NCBI GenBank assembly: GCA_035623825.1
Contig: DASPSR010000063.1
Location: 1-64,000, forward strand
DNA from: Nitrospirota bacterium
GTDB taxonomy: Bacteria; Nitrospirota; UBA9217
Reading direction: 5' to 3'
Length of the DNA stretch: 64,000 bases
Every line of letters starts with the position of its first letter. Position 1 is the stretch's first letter. The translations under genes and the position numbers were made by a program. The notes beneath the pieces were generated by a model, which had not been told where the DNA came from, did not search any database, and saw only the letters and a list, made by a program, of their open reading frames with translations. This document shows positions 20,921 to 31,090 of the stretch, piece after piece.

Positions 20921-22711
20921 GTGGAGACAACATACCGCTCAAATATAATGATCTGCGCAGGGACGGGATGTGTGGCAAACGGCTCGCTCAAGGTGAAGGA
21001 GGCGCTCGAGACCGAACTGATCAGGCGAAACCTTCAGAACGAGGTCAAGATCGTCTTGACGGGGTGCAACGGGTTCTGCGCCAAAGGCCCGGTCATAGTG
21101 GTCTATCCCGAAGACATATTCTATCAGCTCGTGAAGCCTGAAGACGTGCCGCACCTTGTTGAAGAGCACTTTGTCAAGGGGAGGCCGGTCCAGAAATTCC
21201 TCTACACGCCTCCGGCGCAGAAAGACGCCATCCCCGTCATGAACGAGATCCCGTTCTTCAAACACCAGGTGCTGCGTGCGCTTCGGAACAGGAGCCTCAT
21301 CGACGCCGAGAAGATAGAGGAATACATCGCCCGTGACGGCTATATGGCCGCAGCCAAGGCGCTGACCGAGATGACGCCCGAGCAGATCGTCAGCGAGGTG
21401 AAGAAGTCCGGGCTGCGCGGAAGGGGCGGGGCCGGGTTCCTCACCGGCCTCAAGTGGGAGCTCTGCGCCCGCGTCTCAGGCGAGATCAAATATATACTGT
21501 GCAACGGAGACGAGGGCGACCCGGGCGCGTTCATGGACCGCAGCGTCATGGAAGCCGATCCTCATTCCGTTCTCGAGGGCATGATCATCGCGGCCAAGGC
21601 GATCAATGCCCACTACGGCTATATCTATGTACGTGCCGAGTACCCCCTTGCGGTGCACCGTCTTCAGCTTGCCATCGAGCAGGCCAAGGAGCGGGGCCTT
21701 TTGGGCCCGGATATCCTGGGCTCAGGATTCGCTCTGGAGATCGAGATCTACCAGGGTGCGGGTGCGTTCGTGTGCGGCGAGGAAACGGCGCTCATGGCAT
21801 CCATCGAGGGCAAACGGGGCATGCCGAGGCCAAAACCGCCGTTCCCCGCGGTCAAGGGCTTGTGGCAGCGGCCGTCGGTGCTGAACAACGTCGAGACCTT
21901 TGCGAATGTGCCCCCCATCATCCTGCACGGTGCGGACTGGTTCGCGAGCCTCGGGACCGAGAAGAGCAAGGGCACCAAGGTATTCGCCCTTTCGGGAGCG
22001 CTGAATAACATTGGCCTCGTAGAAGTGCCCATGGGCATTCCTCTCAAGACGGTGATCTACGACATCGGCGGCGGCATCAAAAACAACCGGAAGTTCAAGG
22101 CAGTGCAGATGGGCGGTCCGTCGGGAGGCTGCATTCCCCATTCGCTCATTGATACGCCCGTCGACTACGAGAACATCAACAAGACAGGAGCGATCATGGG
22201 ATCCGGCGGCATGGTGGTGATGGACGAGACCACCTGCATGCCGGCCATGGCCAAATTTTTCCTTGAGTTCACTGAAGACGAGTCCTGCGGCAAGTGCGTG
22301 CCCTGCCGGATCGGGAACAAGACGCTCCTGAGCATCCTGCAACGCATCACAAACGGCGAAGGCCGCGAGGGAGACATCGAACTTCTCTTGAACCTCTCTC
22401 AGCAGATCAAGGACACGTCGCTCTGCGGACTGGGTCAGACCTCGCCGAACCCGGTCCTCACGACGATCAAGTATTTCCGCGACGAGTATGAGGCCCATAT
22501 CAAGGAGAAGAAATGCCCGGCCAGGGTCTGCACGCCGCTGATCGAGTTCAAAGTGAACGAGGAAAAATGCAAAAAGTGCGGCCAGTGCTTCAAGAATTGC
22601 CCGGTGGGCGCCATAACCTGGGAGAAGGGCAAAGTGGCCTACATCGATCAGGAGAAGTGCACCAAGTGCAAGACGTGCATCAAGAACTGCAGGTTCTGGG
22701 CTATTGATTAA
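20921..22711 (+). CDS. nuoF: Long NuoF (HndC/HydB-type) flavoprotein with N-terminal [2Fe-2S] and C-terminal 2x[4Fe-4S] domains
   Basis: CAGTGC...CNGFC; GLRGRGGAGF; DEGDPGAFMDR; CGEETA; GGPSGG; ESCGKCVPCR; CKKCGQCFKNCP, CTKCKTCIKNC. Confidence 0.93.
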   Translation: METTYRSNIMICAGTGCVANGSLKVKEALETELIRRNLQNEVKIVLTGCNGFCAKGPVIVVYPEDIFYQLVKPEDVPHLVEEHFVKGRPVQKFLYTPPAQKDAIPVMNEIPFFKHQVLRALRNRSLIDAEKIEEYIARDGYMAAAKALTEMTPEQIVSEVKKSGLRGRGGAGFLTGLKWELCARVSGEIKYILCNGDEGDPGAFMDRSVMEADPHSVLEGMIIAAKAINAHYGYIYVRAEYPLAVHRLQLAIEQAKERGLLGPDILGSGFALEIEIYQGAGAFVCGEETALMASIEGKRGMPRPKPPFPAVKGLWQRPSVLNNVETFANVPPIILHGADWFASLGTEKSKGTKVFALSGALNNIGLVEVPMGIPLKTVIYDIGGGIKNNRKFKAVQMGGPSGGCIPHSLIDTPVDYENINKTGAIMGSGGMVVMDETTCMPAMAKFFLEFTEDESCGKCVPCRIGNKTLLSILQRITNGEGREGDIELLLNLSQQIKDTSLCGLGQTSPNPVLTTIKYFRDEYEAHIKEKKCPARVCTPLIEFKVNEEKCKKCGQCFKNCPVGAITWEKGKVAYIDQEKCTKCKTCIKNCRFWAID

Positions 22712-22777
22712 AACGAGCTCATAGTCGAATGCTGATTGCGATTGCCAGGAGCTCTTAGGTAAGAAGGTAAAGAACTT

Positions 22778-24901
22778 ATGCAAAAAATGACAGTTACAGT
22801 AGACGGGAAAAAAGTTGAGGTCCCTGTCGGCTCGACCATCCTGGAGGCTGCGAACGCGGCCGGATCGCGGGTGCCGACCCTGTGCCACGACAACAAGCTC
22901 CATCCCTTCGGCGCGTGCAGGGTCTGTCTCGTCGAAGTGGAAGGCACGCCGCGCAAGTTCACTCCGTCGTGCACCACGCCGGCCACGGACAACATGGTCG
23001 TGAAGACATCGACACCGGCGCTCATCGAGGCGCGACGGATGGTGCTCGAGCTCCTCTTGATCAAACACCCCCTCGACTGCCCGGTCTGCGACAAGGCGGG
23101 AGAGTGCCAGCTCCAGGATCTCGTGCACGAGTACGGGCTTGGACAGAGCAGGTTCGACGCGGAGAAGGGATACCTTCCGCCGGATTACGAGAGCGCGATC
23201 ATCGAGCGCAACATCAGCCGCTGCATTCTCTGCGGCAAGTGCGTCAGGATCTGCGACGAACAGAACGGCGTGGGCGAGTGGGCCTTCACCAGGCGGGGAA
23301 CGCGGGCGCGCATCAGCACCGATTTCGACCGGCCGCTCGACTGCGAATTCTGCGGCGAATGCACAGAGATCTGCCCGGTCGGCGCCCTCACCACGCGCCA
23401 GTTCAAGTACAGGGCTCGGTCGTGGAACCTCGAGGCGACCGCGTCGGTCTGCAATTATTGCGGCTGCGGCTGCGGCGTCAGCTATGAGACGCGTGACGGC
23501 AAGATCATGCGGGTCGGACCCGCACGGAACAACTATCTCTGCACAAAGGGCCGATTCGGCTGGGATGCCGTCCATCACCAGGACCGGCTTACCACGCCGA
23601 TGATGCGTGTTGGCGGACAGCTTGTGGATTGCACCTGGGAAGAGGCCCTTTCGATCGTCGCGACCAACTTGAAGGTGATCAGGGACAAGCACGGCGCCGG
23701 GAAGATCGGAGGATTCGGTTCGGTCCGGACCACCAACGAGGACAGCTATCTATTCCAGAAGTTCCTGCGGTCGGTTGTCGGGACGAACAATGTGGACATG
23801 CTTGCCCGGATCAAGGTCCCGAAGGGTCTGAACACGACATTCTTTTCAGGCGAATTGAGCAGGATTTCGGACCACGAGGTGATCCTCGTGCTCGACAAGG
23901 ACGTGGGCGAGATCAATCCGCTCACCGGCATCGAGATCGTGCGTGCCGTTAACAGGAAGAACCGGAAGGTAATCCTCGTGAATGACGAGTTCAACAAGTT
24001 CAATAAAATTGCCTCGGTGGTGCTGCCCGCCTCCACCGACCGGGCGCTTGAAGAACTGCGCGGCGCGTTGTCATCCTCATCAGGAAGCGAGGAGGCAAAA
24101 CGGGCAGCGGAGTTGCTGAAGAACGCCGGGAATGTCGCAGTCATCGTCCCTGCCCGGCTTTCGGACAAGGAACTTGCCAATATCAGGGAGCTGTGCGGGC
24201 AACTCAAGAACGTAACCTATTATCCGCTTGTCCGGCGGAGCAACTTCCAGGGCGCTCTCGATATGGGGACGGTTCCAGATTACCTCCCCGGCTACCGGAA
24301 GGCAGAGACACCGGGCATGAATGCCGTTGAAATGATAAGTGCGATGAATACCGGTAAGCTGGCTTCGCTCTATATCATGGGCGACGATCCGGCGGGAAGC
24401 GATCAGAACCTCAAGGCAGCGTTGGGGAAGCTCGAGTTCCTTGTGGTTCAGGACATTTTCATGACCGAGACGGCCAAACTCGCCCATGTGGTGCTGCCGG
24501 CAGCCGCCAGCGCCGAGAAGTCCGGCACGTTCACCAACGTTGAGCGCAGACTTCAGCAGCTGAACAAGGCTGAGGAGCCCGTGGGGGAATCAAGGCCCGA
24601 CTGGGAAATCCTCCAGGAGATCGCGAAAAGAATGGGCGGTGACATGCACTATGCGTCAGAGCGGGACATTTTGAGGGAAATAAGATCTGTCGTTCCTCAG
24701 TATGCGGACCTCGCTTTCGGTTCCTGCTGGGCCAGCGACAAGTCCCCCTTGGCGGGGGTTCTTGCCGACCTGTCCCTTGCAACGGATTCGATCATGAATC
24801 GGGAAGTTATCACTGCGGAGCGCCTTCTGTTCTCGTCAGGCATGACCATTACACGGTCGAAGGAAATAGGGACCATACAACACGTCAAGATCGAAGGGTA
24901 G
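22778..24901 (+). CDS. nuoG: NuoG-like Fe-S subunit with degenerate molybdopterin-oxidoreductase domain
   Basis: PTLCH..GACRVC, HPLDCPVCDKAGEC, CILCGKCVRIC, CEFCGECTEICP, CNYCGCGC..LCTKGRFG; no H-cluster motifs. Confidence 0.85.
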   Translation: MQKMTVTVDGKKVEVPVGSTILEAANAAGSRVPTLCHDNKLHPFGACRVCLVEVEGTPRKFTPSCTTPATDNMVVKTSTPALIEARRMVLELLLIKHPLDCPVCDKAGECQLQDLVHEYGLGQSRFDAEKGYLPPDYESAIIERNISRCILCGKCVRICDEQNGVGEWAFTRRGTRARISTDFDRPLDCEFCGECTEICPVGALTTRQFKYRARSWNLEATASVCNYCGCGCGVSYETRDGKIMRVGPARNNYLCTKGRFGWDAVHHQDRLTTPMMRVGGQLVDCTWEEALSIVATNLKVIRDKHGAGKIGGFGSVRTTNEDSYLFQKFLRSVVGTNNVDMLARIKVPKGLNTTFFSGELSRISDHEVILVLDKDVGEINPLTGIEIVRAVNRKNRKVILVNDEFNKFNKIASVVLPASTDRALEELRGALSSSSGSEEAKRAAELLKNAGNVAVIVPARLSDKELANIRELCGQLKNVTYYPLVRRSNFQGALDMGTVPDYLPGYRKAETPGMNAVEMISAMNTGKLASLYIMGDDPAGSDQNLKAALGKLEFLVVQDIFMTETAKLAHVVLPAAASAEKSGTFTNVERRLQQLNKAEEPVGESRPDWEILQEIAKRMGGDMHYASERDILREIRSVVPQYADLAFGSCWASDKSPLAGVLADLSLATDSIMNREVITAERLLFSSGMTITRSKEIGTIQHVKIEG

Positions 24902-24909
24902 GAGCGAAC

Positions 24910-25998
24910 ATGCCAGATATGCATCAGATATTGAGTATCGTTTATACGCTTGTTATTCCCGTCGCAGCGCTTTTGGCCTTCATTCTGGCAAACGCCATGT
25001 ACCTGCAGTTGATGGAGCGCAAGGTACTCGCGCACATGCAGGGGCGGCTCGGTCCCATGCGGACCGGCTGGCACGGGATCCTTCAGCCCGTTGCCGACGC
25101 CGTCAAGTTCATCATGAAGGAAGACATCATCCCCGCCAAGGCTGACAAATGGGTATTCAGCATAGCGCCGGTCATCATGCTCGTCATGGCCTTCGGAGCC
25201 TTCGTTGCGTTGCCCTTCGGACCGTCAACGAATTTTTACGGCCTCCTCTCAAAGAAAATCCCCCTTTGGGTGGCGAACCTGAACATAGGCGTGCTTTACA
25301 TCCTCGCGCTGTCGAGCGTCGGCACATATGGCGTGATCATGGCGGGCTGGGCATCGAACAACAAGTACTCGCTGATGGGAGGTTTTCGTTCAGCGGCGCA
25401 GATGATCAGCTATGAAATCCCCATGGCCTTCGCCATTGTCACCGTCGTGCTCATGGCCGGGTCCCTGAACCTGTCCGATATCGTAAACGCCCAGACGCAT
25501 CGGTGGTTCCTTGTGGCACTGCCGGTAGGGCCGGTCGCCTTCTTCCTCTATCTCTTCTCCGGCATCGCGGAGACGAACCGCGTGCCCTTTGATTTGCCCG
25601 AGGCAGAGAGCGAACTTGTAGCCGGCTACTTTACCGAGTACACCGGCATCCGCTTCGGCCTGTTCTACATGTCGGAGTACCTGAACATGATGATCGTGTC
25701 GCTCCTCGCGAGCATCATGTTCTTGGGCGGCTGGTTGCCGGTCCAGATACTTCCCAACACGGCCATCGGCCATTTTGCCCCCATATCCCTGCTCAACAAG
25801 GCGCTGGCGGCCTTGCCGTCGACGCTCTGGCTTCTCGTGAAGCTGTATTTCTTTATCTTTTTCTACATGTGGCTGCGGGCAACTCTGCCCAGATACCGCT
25901 ATGATCAGCTCATGGCGATTTCATGGAAGATACTTCTTCCGCTCTCGCTTGCGACGCTGCTTGTTGCGGCATTCATGAGGCAGGCGGGCTGGCTGTAA
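24910..25998 (+). CDS. nuoH: NADH-quinone oxidoreductase subunit H
   Basis: ERKVLAHMQGRLGP, AQMISYE, AETNRVPFDLPEAESELVAG, PRYRYDQL. Confidence 0.96.
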   Translation: MPDMHQILSIVYTLVIPVAALLAFILANAMYLQLMERKVLAHMQGRLGPMRTGWHGILQPVADAVKFIMKEDIIPAKADKWVFSIAPVIMLVMAFGAFVALPFGPSTNFYGLLSKKIPLWVANLNIGVLYILALSSVGTYGVIMAGWASNNKYSLMGGFRSAAQMISYEIPMAFAIVTVVLMAGSLNLSDIVNAQTHRWFLVALPVGPVAFFLYLFSGIAETNRVPFDLPEAESELVAGYFTEYTGIRFGLFYMSEYLNMMIVSLLASIMFLGGWLPVQILPNTAIGHFAPISLLNKALAALPSTLWLLVKLYFFIFFYMWLRATLPRYRYDQLMAISWKILLPLSLATLLVAAFMRQAGWL

Positions 25999-26014
25999 AA
26001 GAGAGGTTGGCACG

Positions 26015-26491
26015 ATGAAGAAGCTAAAAAAACTGCTCAGGACCATTTTCCTTATCGAAATAGCCGAAGGGATGGCGTTGACGCTCAAAACCATGCTGAC
26101 TCCCGCGGTGACGCGGCAGTACCCGACATATAAGCGCAAACCGATCCTCGGGTCCCGCGGGCTCCATGCGATGCGGCGGGACGAAACAGGAAAGGGGGCC
26201 TGCATCGGATGCGGCCTCTGCGAGGCCGTATGCCCTTCGAAGGCGATAACCGTGGTGACCTCCGAGGGATCCGAACATGACAAGCTCGTGAATTCATACG
26301 AGCTAGACCTGCTCCGCTGCGTGTTTTGCGGTTTCTGCATCGATGCCTGTCCCGTTTCTGCGATATATCAGACGCCGGAGTTCGAGCTTTCCTGCTATTC
26401 ACGGAAAGATGCCTTCTATACCAAGGAGCGGCTGATCGAAGTGGGCGACCGATTTATGGGCGGAAAGGCGGTAAAGAAGCATGATCAATAA
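26015..26491 (+). CDS. nuoI: NADH-quinone oxidoreductase subunit I
   Basis: CIGCGLCEAVCP, CVFCGFCIDACP. Confidence 0.95.
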   Translation: MKKLKKLLRTIFLIEIAEGMALTLKTMLTPAVTRQYPTYKRKPILGSRGLHAMRRDETGKGACIGCGLCEAVCPSKAITVVTSEGSEHDKLVNSYELDLLRCVFCGFCIDACPVSAIYQTPEFELSCYSRKDAFYTKERLIEVGDRFMGGKAVKKHDQ

Positions 26492-26990
26492 GGTGATCTT
26501 CCTCTATTTTGCGGCAGTGATACTGGCGTCGGCCATCATGATGGTAACGCGGAGAAATCCCATCCATAGCGTATTGTTCATGCTGCTGCTGTTTTTCCAC
26601 ATTGCGGGGCTGTTCGTGTTGCTCAATGCCGAGTTCCTGGCCGCGGTCCAGCTCATTGTATACGCCGGCGCCATCCTCATCCTCTATCTCTTCGTGGTGA
26701 TGCTCCTGAACGTGGACAAGGAGAGCATAGCGGCCAGGGCGAACCGGTACTGGCCCTGGATAGCCGCATTCGGGATCCTCATTGCTGGAGAGGTAGTGCT
26801 CCTTGTTTCACGAGGGATCTTCCCCGCCGACGAGGGCCAAGAGCCGATGAGGCTCGCCTCCGACGGGGTCCTTTCTCTGGGGACGGAACTTTACACAAAA
26901 TATCTGGTGCCGTTCGAGATCGCATCGGTCGTGCTCTTGGTAGGGCTGGTCGGGGCTGTGATGCTGGCAAAGATAAAGACGAAGGAGTAA
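26481..26990 (+). CDS. nuoJ: NADH-quinone oxidoreductase subunit J
   Basis: NPIHS, AEFLAAVQLIVYAGAI, PFEIASVVLL. Confidence 0.95.
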   Translation: MINKVIFLYFAAVILASAIMMVTRRNPIHSVLFMLLLFFHIAGLFVLLNAEFLAAVQLIVYAGAILILYLFVVMLLNVDKESIAARANRYWPWIAAFGILIAGEVVLLVSRGIFPADEGQEPMRLASDGVLSLGTELYTKYLVPFEIASVVLLVGLVGAVMLAKIKTKE

Positions 26991-26995
26991 ATCGT

Positions 26996-27298
26996 ATGAT
27001 CCCCTTATCATGGTATGTGATCCTGAGCGCTGCTCTGTTCACCATCGGCGTGGTCGGCGTGTTCTCGAGACGTAATATCTTCATCCTTCTGATGTCCATA
27101 GAACTCATGCTGAACGCGGCCAACATCAATTTCATAGCATTCTCTCATTACCTGCAGTCCCTGACTGGGCAGATATTCGTGATCTTCGTCATCACCGTGG
27201 CCGCGGCAGAGGCCGCCGTGGCGCTTGCGATCATCATCCTGCTTGCAAGGAACCGCGGAAGTGTCTACGTCGACGAGTTCAACATCATGAAAGGGTAG
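26996..27298 (+). CDS. nuoK: NADH-quinone oxidoreductase subunit K
   Basis: SIELMLNAAN, VAAAEAAV. Confidence 0.95.
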   Translation: MIPLSWYVILSAALFTIGVVGVFSRRNIFILLMSIELMLNAANINFIAFSHYLQSLTGQIFVIFVITVAAAEAAVALAIIILLARNRGSVYVDEFNIMKG

Positions 27299-27434
27299 GG
27301 ATAGAGTCCCAGATCCCGGAAGCAAGTGCCATAGGCCCTTATCACCGAAGGAGAAGCGCGTTTTTTGATTTAGAGGTCGGCCGATGTCTGGGGTTGGGGA
27401 TTTGATTGGCAGATATTAAACCGAGGTGCACGAC

Positions 27435-29363
27435 ATGCTTACATACGCATTGATTCCGATCCTGCCGTTCGCCGGCTTCCTGATCGCGGGACTGTTCGGC
27501 AAGTATCTCAAGGAGAGGGCGGCATACGCCGCTATAGCCGGAGTCGTCGGCGCGTTTCTTCTTTCGTTCAGCACATTCCTCGACGTGCTCGACGGGACGA
27601 TCATAAATGAGAACCTCTATTCCTGGATTTCCATCGGCACCCTCAGCGTGAATGTAGGTTTCCAGATCGACCAGCTCACAGCGGTGATGCTCCTCGTGGT
27701 GACCACGCTCAGCTCCCTCATCCACATATACTCGGTGGGATACATGCACGGCGACAAGGGATATGCGCGCTTCTTCTCCTACCTGGCGCTTTTCACGTTC
27801 TTCATGCTTGTGCTGGTGATGGCCAACAACTTCCTCCTCATGTTCGTGGGCTGGGAAGGGGTGGGCCTCTGCTCCTATCTCCTCATCGGTTTCTGGTATG
27901 AGAAAAAATCCGCTTCGGATGCGGGCGTCAAGGCGTTTGTCGTGAACCGCGTCGGCGACTTCGGATTCGTGCTTGGAATGCTGCTTATCTTCAGCACGTT
28001 CGGCACCCTTGATTTCGCCGGCGTCTTTGCCGCCCTCTCCGGACCCGCGGCGAAGCAGAGCATTGCCCTGCTCGGCGGCAATATCAGCGTGGTCACCCTG
28101 ATCGCGCTTCTCCTGTTCCTCGGAGCGACGGGCAAATCCGCACAGCTCCCGCTCTATGTCTGGCTGCCGGATGCCATGGAGGGCCCGACGCCGGTCAGCG
28201 CCTTGATCCACGCCGCGACCATGGTAACCGCAGGGGTGTTTATGGTGTCGCGCTGCGCGCCGATCTTCTCGCTTTCGGAGACGGCGATGACAACGGTGGC
28301 CGTGGTCGGCGGCCTGACCGCGGTCTTTGCGGCGACCATCGGCCTCGTGCAGAATGACATCAAGAGGGTTATCGCATACTCCACTATCAGTCAGCTCGGA
28401 TACATGTTCCTGGGCCTTGGTGTTGGGGCGTTCTCCGCCGGCATTTTCCACCTCACGACGCATGCCTTCTTCAAGGGGCTCCTGTTCCTGGCGTCGGGCA
28501 GCGTCATCCATGCCCTGTCCGGCGAACAGGACATGCGCAAGATGGGTGCGCTCAAGTCCAAGATCAGCATCACCCATGTGGTCTTTATCATCGGATCTCT
28601 TGCGCTGGCGGGCATCTTCCCGTTCGCGGGGTTCTTCAGCAAGGATGAGATCCTCTGGAGCGCGTACAGCTCACCCGGGATGGGGAGGGTGCTGTGGCTC
28701 CTCGGCGTGGCAGGGGCGTTCATGACGGCGTTCTACTCGTTCCGTCTGATCTACCTGACGTTCTATGGGGAATCGCGCATAGACCATGAGGTCGAACACC
28801 ACGTGCATGAGTCGCCGAAGGTGATGACCGTACCGCTCATGATCCTGGCGTTCTTCTCCCTGACCATAGGATGGATCGGCATGCCGGGGGCGATCCTTCC
28901 CAACGTCAACCTGTTCGGAAACTTCCTCGCGCCAATCTTCCCGCATGCGGAGCATGCGGCCGCGGAGAGCCATGGCATCGAGAGATGGTTGATGCTCTTC
29001 TCGGTCCTGGTCGCGCTCTCGGGCATCAGGATGGCCTATTCCCTCTACGTGAAGAACACGTCGCTCCCGGACCGTATCGCTGACCGCTACAAAGGTGCCT
29101 ACAACCTGCTCCTTTCCAAGTATAAGATTGACGAGATATACAACTATCTTTTCGTCGATGGCCTGGTCCACAAGGTCGCCACGTTCCTGTACAAAGTCGG
29201 CGACGTCAAGATCGTTGACGGCGCGGTGAACGGCATCGCCAGACTCATCGGGACGACAAGCGAGCGGGGCCGGAGGATTCAAACCGGCTATGTGCAGCAG
29301 TACGCGTTCACCATGGGGCTCGGTCTCGTGGTGCTCGTTGGGCTTTATTATGTCTTGAAGTGA
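27435..29363 (+). CDS. nuoL: NADH-quinone oxidoreductase subunit L
   Basis: GWEGVGLCSYLLIGFW, KSAQLPLYVWLPDAMEGPTPVSALIHAATM; alternative GTG start at 27426. Confidence 0.96.
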   Translation: MLTYALIPILPFAGFLIAGLFGKYLKERAAYAAIAGVVGAFLLSFSTFLDVLDGTIINENLYSWISIGTLSVNVGFQIDQLTAVMLLVVTTLSSLIHIYSVGYMHGDKGYARFFSYLALFTFFMLVLVMANNFLLMFVGWEGVGLCSYLLIGFWYEKKSASDAGVKAFVVNRVGDFGFVLGMLLIFSTFGTLDFAGVFAALSGPAAKQSIALLGGNISVVTLIALLLFLGATGKSAQLPLYVWLPDAMEGPTPVSALIHAATMVTAGVFMVSRCAPIFSLSETAMTTVAVVGGLTAVFAATIGLVQNDIKRVIAYSTISQLGYMFLGLGVGAFSAGIFHLTTHAFFKGLLFLASGSVIHALSGEQDMRKMGALKSKISITHVVFIIGSLALAGIFPFAGFFSKDEILWSAYSSPGMGRVLWLLGVAGAFMTAFYSFRLIYLTFYGESRIDHEVEHHVHESPKVMTVPLMILAFFSLTIGWIGMPGAILPNVNLFGNFLAPIFPHAEHAAAESHGIERWLMLFSVLVALSGIRMAYSLYVKNTSLPDRIADRYKGAYNLLLSKYKIDEIYNYLFVDGLVHKVATFLYKVGDVKIVDGAVNGIARLIGTTSERGRRIQTGYVQQYAFTMGLGLVVLVGLYYVLK

Positions 29364-29445
29364 CGTGCGGAGAGCATAGGGAGGAGCGCAAAGGGCAGAT
29401 GCCTTTCGCTCCACGTCCCATGCTCTGTGTCAAAAGGAGTCATAC

Positions 29446-30990
29446 ATGCTCGAACTAAGATTGCATCAGCTCGATTATCCTCTGCTGAGCCTCATGATAT
29501 TCATCCCGGTGCTCGGCTCGTTCCTCCTGCTGTTCATACGGAACGCCGCTACGGTGCGCTGGGTCGCGCTTGGCTTCTCTTTCGTCGAGCTGGCCCTGTG
29601 TGTACCCCTGCTCCTTAATTTCGACAGCTCGATTCCCCACATGCAGTTCGGCGAGAGCCACACATGGATCGCCGCGTGGGATATCAACTACCGGCTCGGC
29701 GTTGACGGGATCAGCATCCTGTTCGTTGCGCTGACGGCGCTCCTCACGAGCATATCCATCATGGTCTCGTGGACGGCCATCCAGGACCGGGTGCGGGAAT
29801 TCATGATTGCCATGCTGTTCCTCGAGGCCGGTATGATCGGGGTGTTCACCGCGCTCGACCTCTTCCTGTTCTACATCTTCTGGGAGGCGATGCTCATCCC
29901 CATGTACCTGTTGATCGGCATCTGGGGCGGCCCCAACCGGCTTTACGCCGCGATCAAGTTCTTCCTGTATACTTTGGTCGGGAGCGTGCTGATGCTCGTC
30001 GGGATCATCGCGGTGTATGTCGCCGCGGGCAACACCTTCGACGTGCTCACGCTCATGAATCACAAATTCAGCTACACATTCCAGATGTGGGTGTTCGCCG
30101 CGTTCTTCCTTGCATTCGCGGTCAAGGTTCCCATGTTCCCGGTCCATACCTGGCTGCCTGATGCGCACGTAGAAGCGCCGACCGCCGGGAGCATCATACT
30201 CGCTGGCATCCTGATCAAGATGGGGGCCTACGGCTTCCTGCGGTTCTCGCTGCCGTTCTTCCCGGATGCGGCCATGAAGTGGACGCCGGCAATCATGGTC
30301 CTGTCCGTGATTGCCATCATCTACGGCGCATACATGGCCTTCGCCCAGACAGATTTCAAGAAGCTGATAGCCTATTCGAGCGTCAGCCATATGGGTTTCG
30401 TCACCCTCGGGATCTTCGCCCTGAACCTTCAGGGGCTTGAAGGCGGCATCCTCCAGATGCTGAACCACGGTGTTTCAACCGGGGCATTGTTCCTCGCCGT
30501 CGGCGTCATCTACGAACGGACCCATACGCGGCAGATTGCAGACTATGGCGGCATTGCGGCGAAGGTTCCGGTCTATGCGGCGTTCCTGCTGATCATAACG
30601 CTTTCGTCCATCGGCCTTCCGGGGACGAACGGCTTCATCGGCGAATTCACGATCTTGCTCGGCGCGTTCCTGCACTCGAAGCCGTACGCGGTGATCGCAT
30701 CGATCGGGATCATCCTCGGCGCGGGTTACATGCTCTGGCTGTATCAGCGTGTCGCATTCGGCACGATTACCAACCCACACAACGAGCACCTCGCGGATAT
30801 GAACCTGCGCGAGGTGGCGGCCGCGCTCCCGCTCGTTGTGCTCGTATTCATTATCGGCTTTTATCCCAACGCCGCGTTCGGCGTGATGCACGCTTCTGTA
30901 TCGAACCTGATGCAGCATATAAATGAAAAGGTCCAGACCGCTCCTGCTGTCACGCAGATGGTGAGCGACGTTCTTCGGATGTCGAATTGA
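29446..30990 (+). CDS. nuoM: NADH-quinone oxidoreductase subunit M
   Basis: FWEAMLIPMY, KVPMFPVHTWLPDAHVEAPT, IAYSSVSHMG. Confidence 0.96.
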   Translation: MLELRLHQLDYPLLSLMIFIPVLGSFLLLFIRNAATVRWVALGFSFVELALCVPLLLNFDSSIPHMQFGESHTWIAAWDINYRLGVDGISILFVALTALLTSISIMVSWTAIQDRVREFMIAMLFLEAGMIGVFTALDLFLFYIFWEAMLIPMYLLIGIWGGPNRLYAAIKFFLYTLVGSVLMLVGIIAVYVAAGNTFDVLTLMNHKFSYTFQMWVFAAFFLAFAVKVPMFPVHTWLPDAHVEAPTAGSIILAGILIKMGAYGFLRFSLPFFPDAAMKWTPAIMVLSVIAIIYGAYMAFAQTDFKKLIAYSSVSHMGFVTLGIFALNLQGLEGGILQMLNHGVSTGALFLAVGVIYERTHTRQIADYGGIAAKVPVYAAFLLIITLSSIGLPGTNGFIGEFTILLGAFLHSKPYAVIASIGIILGAGYMLWLYQRVAFGTITNPHNEHLADMNLREVAAALPLVVLVFIIGFYPNAAFGVMHASVSNLMQHINEKVQTAPAVTQMVSDVLRMSN

Positions 30991-31090
30991 AAATTGAAGG
31001 CTGGAGAACGCGGTAGTGAAGGCACGTAATGGGCGATTACCAATTTCCCATTTGCACTTTACACTAGAACGAGGTCTTTAAGGAGTTACC

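Noticed and set aside
21722-23692. Long antisense ORFs (656 aa here; also 15565-16803, 18600-19814, 10235-11422, 43633-44856)
   Set aside because: Shadow frames of GC-rich, clearly identified sense genes; no recognisable motifs
19865-24901. [FeFe]-hydrogenase (HydABC) or formate dehydrogenase operon
   Set aside because: The large subunit has no H-cluster motifs and no Cys/Sec molybdenum ligand; its position between nuoF and nuoH fits NuoG
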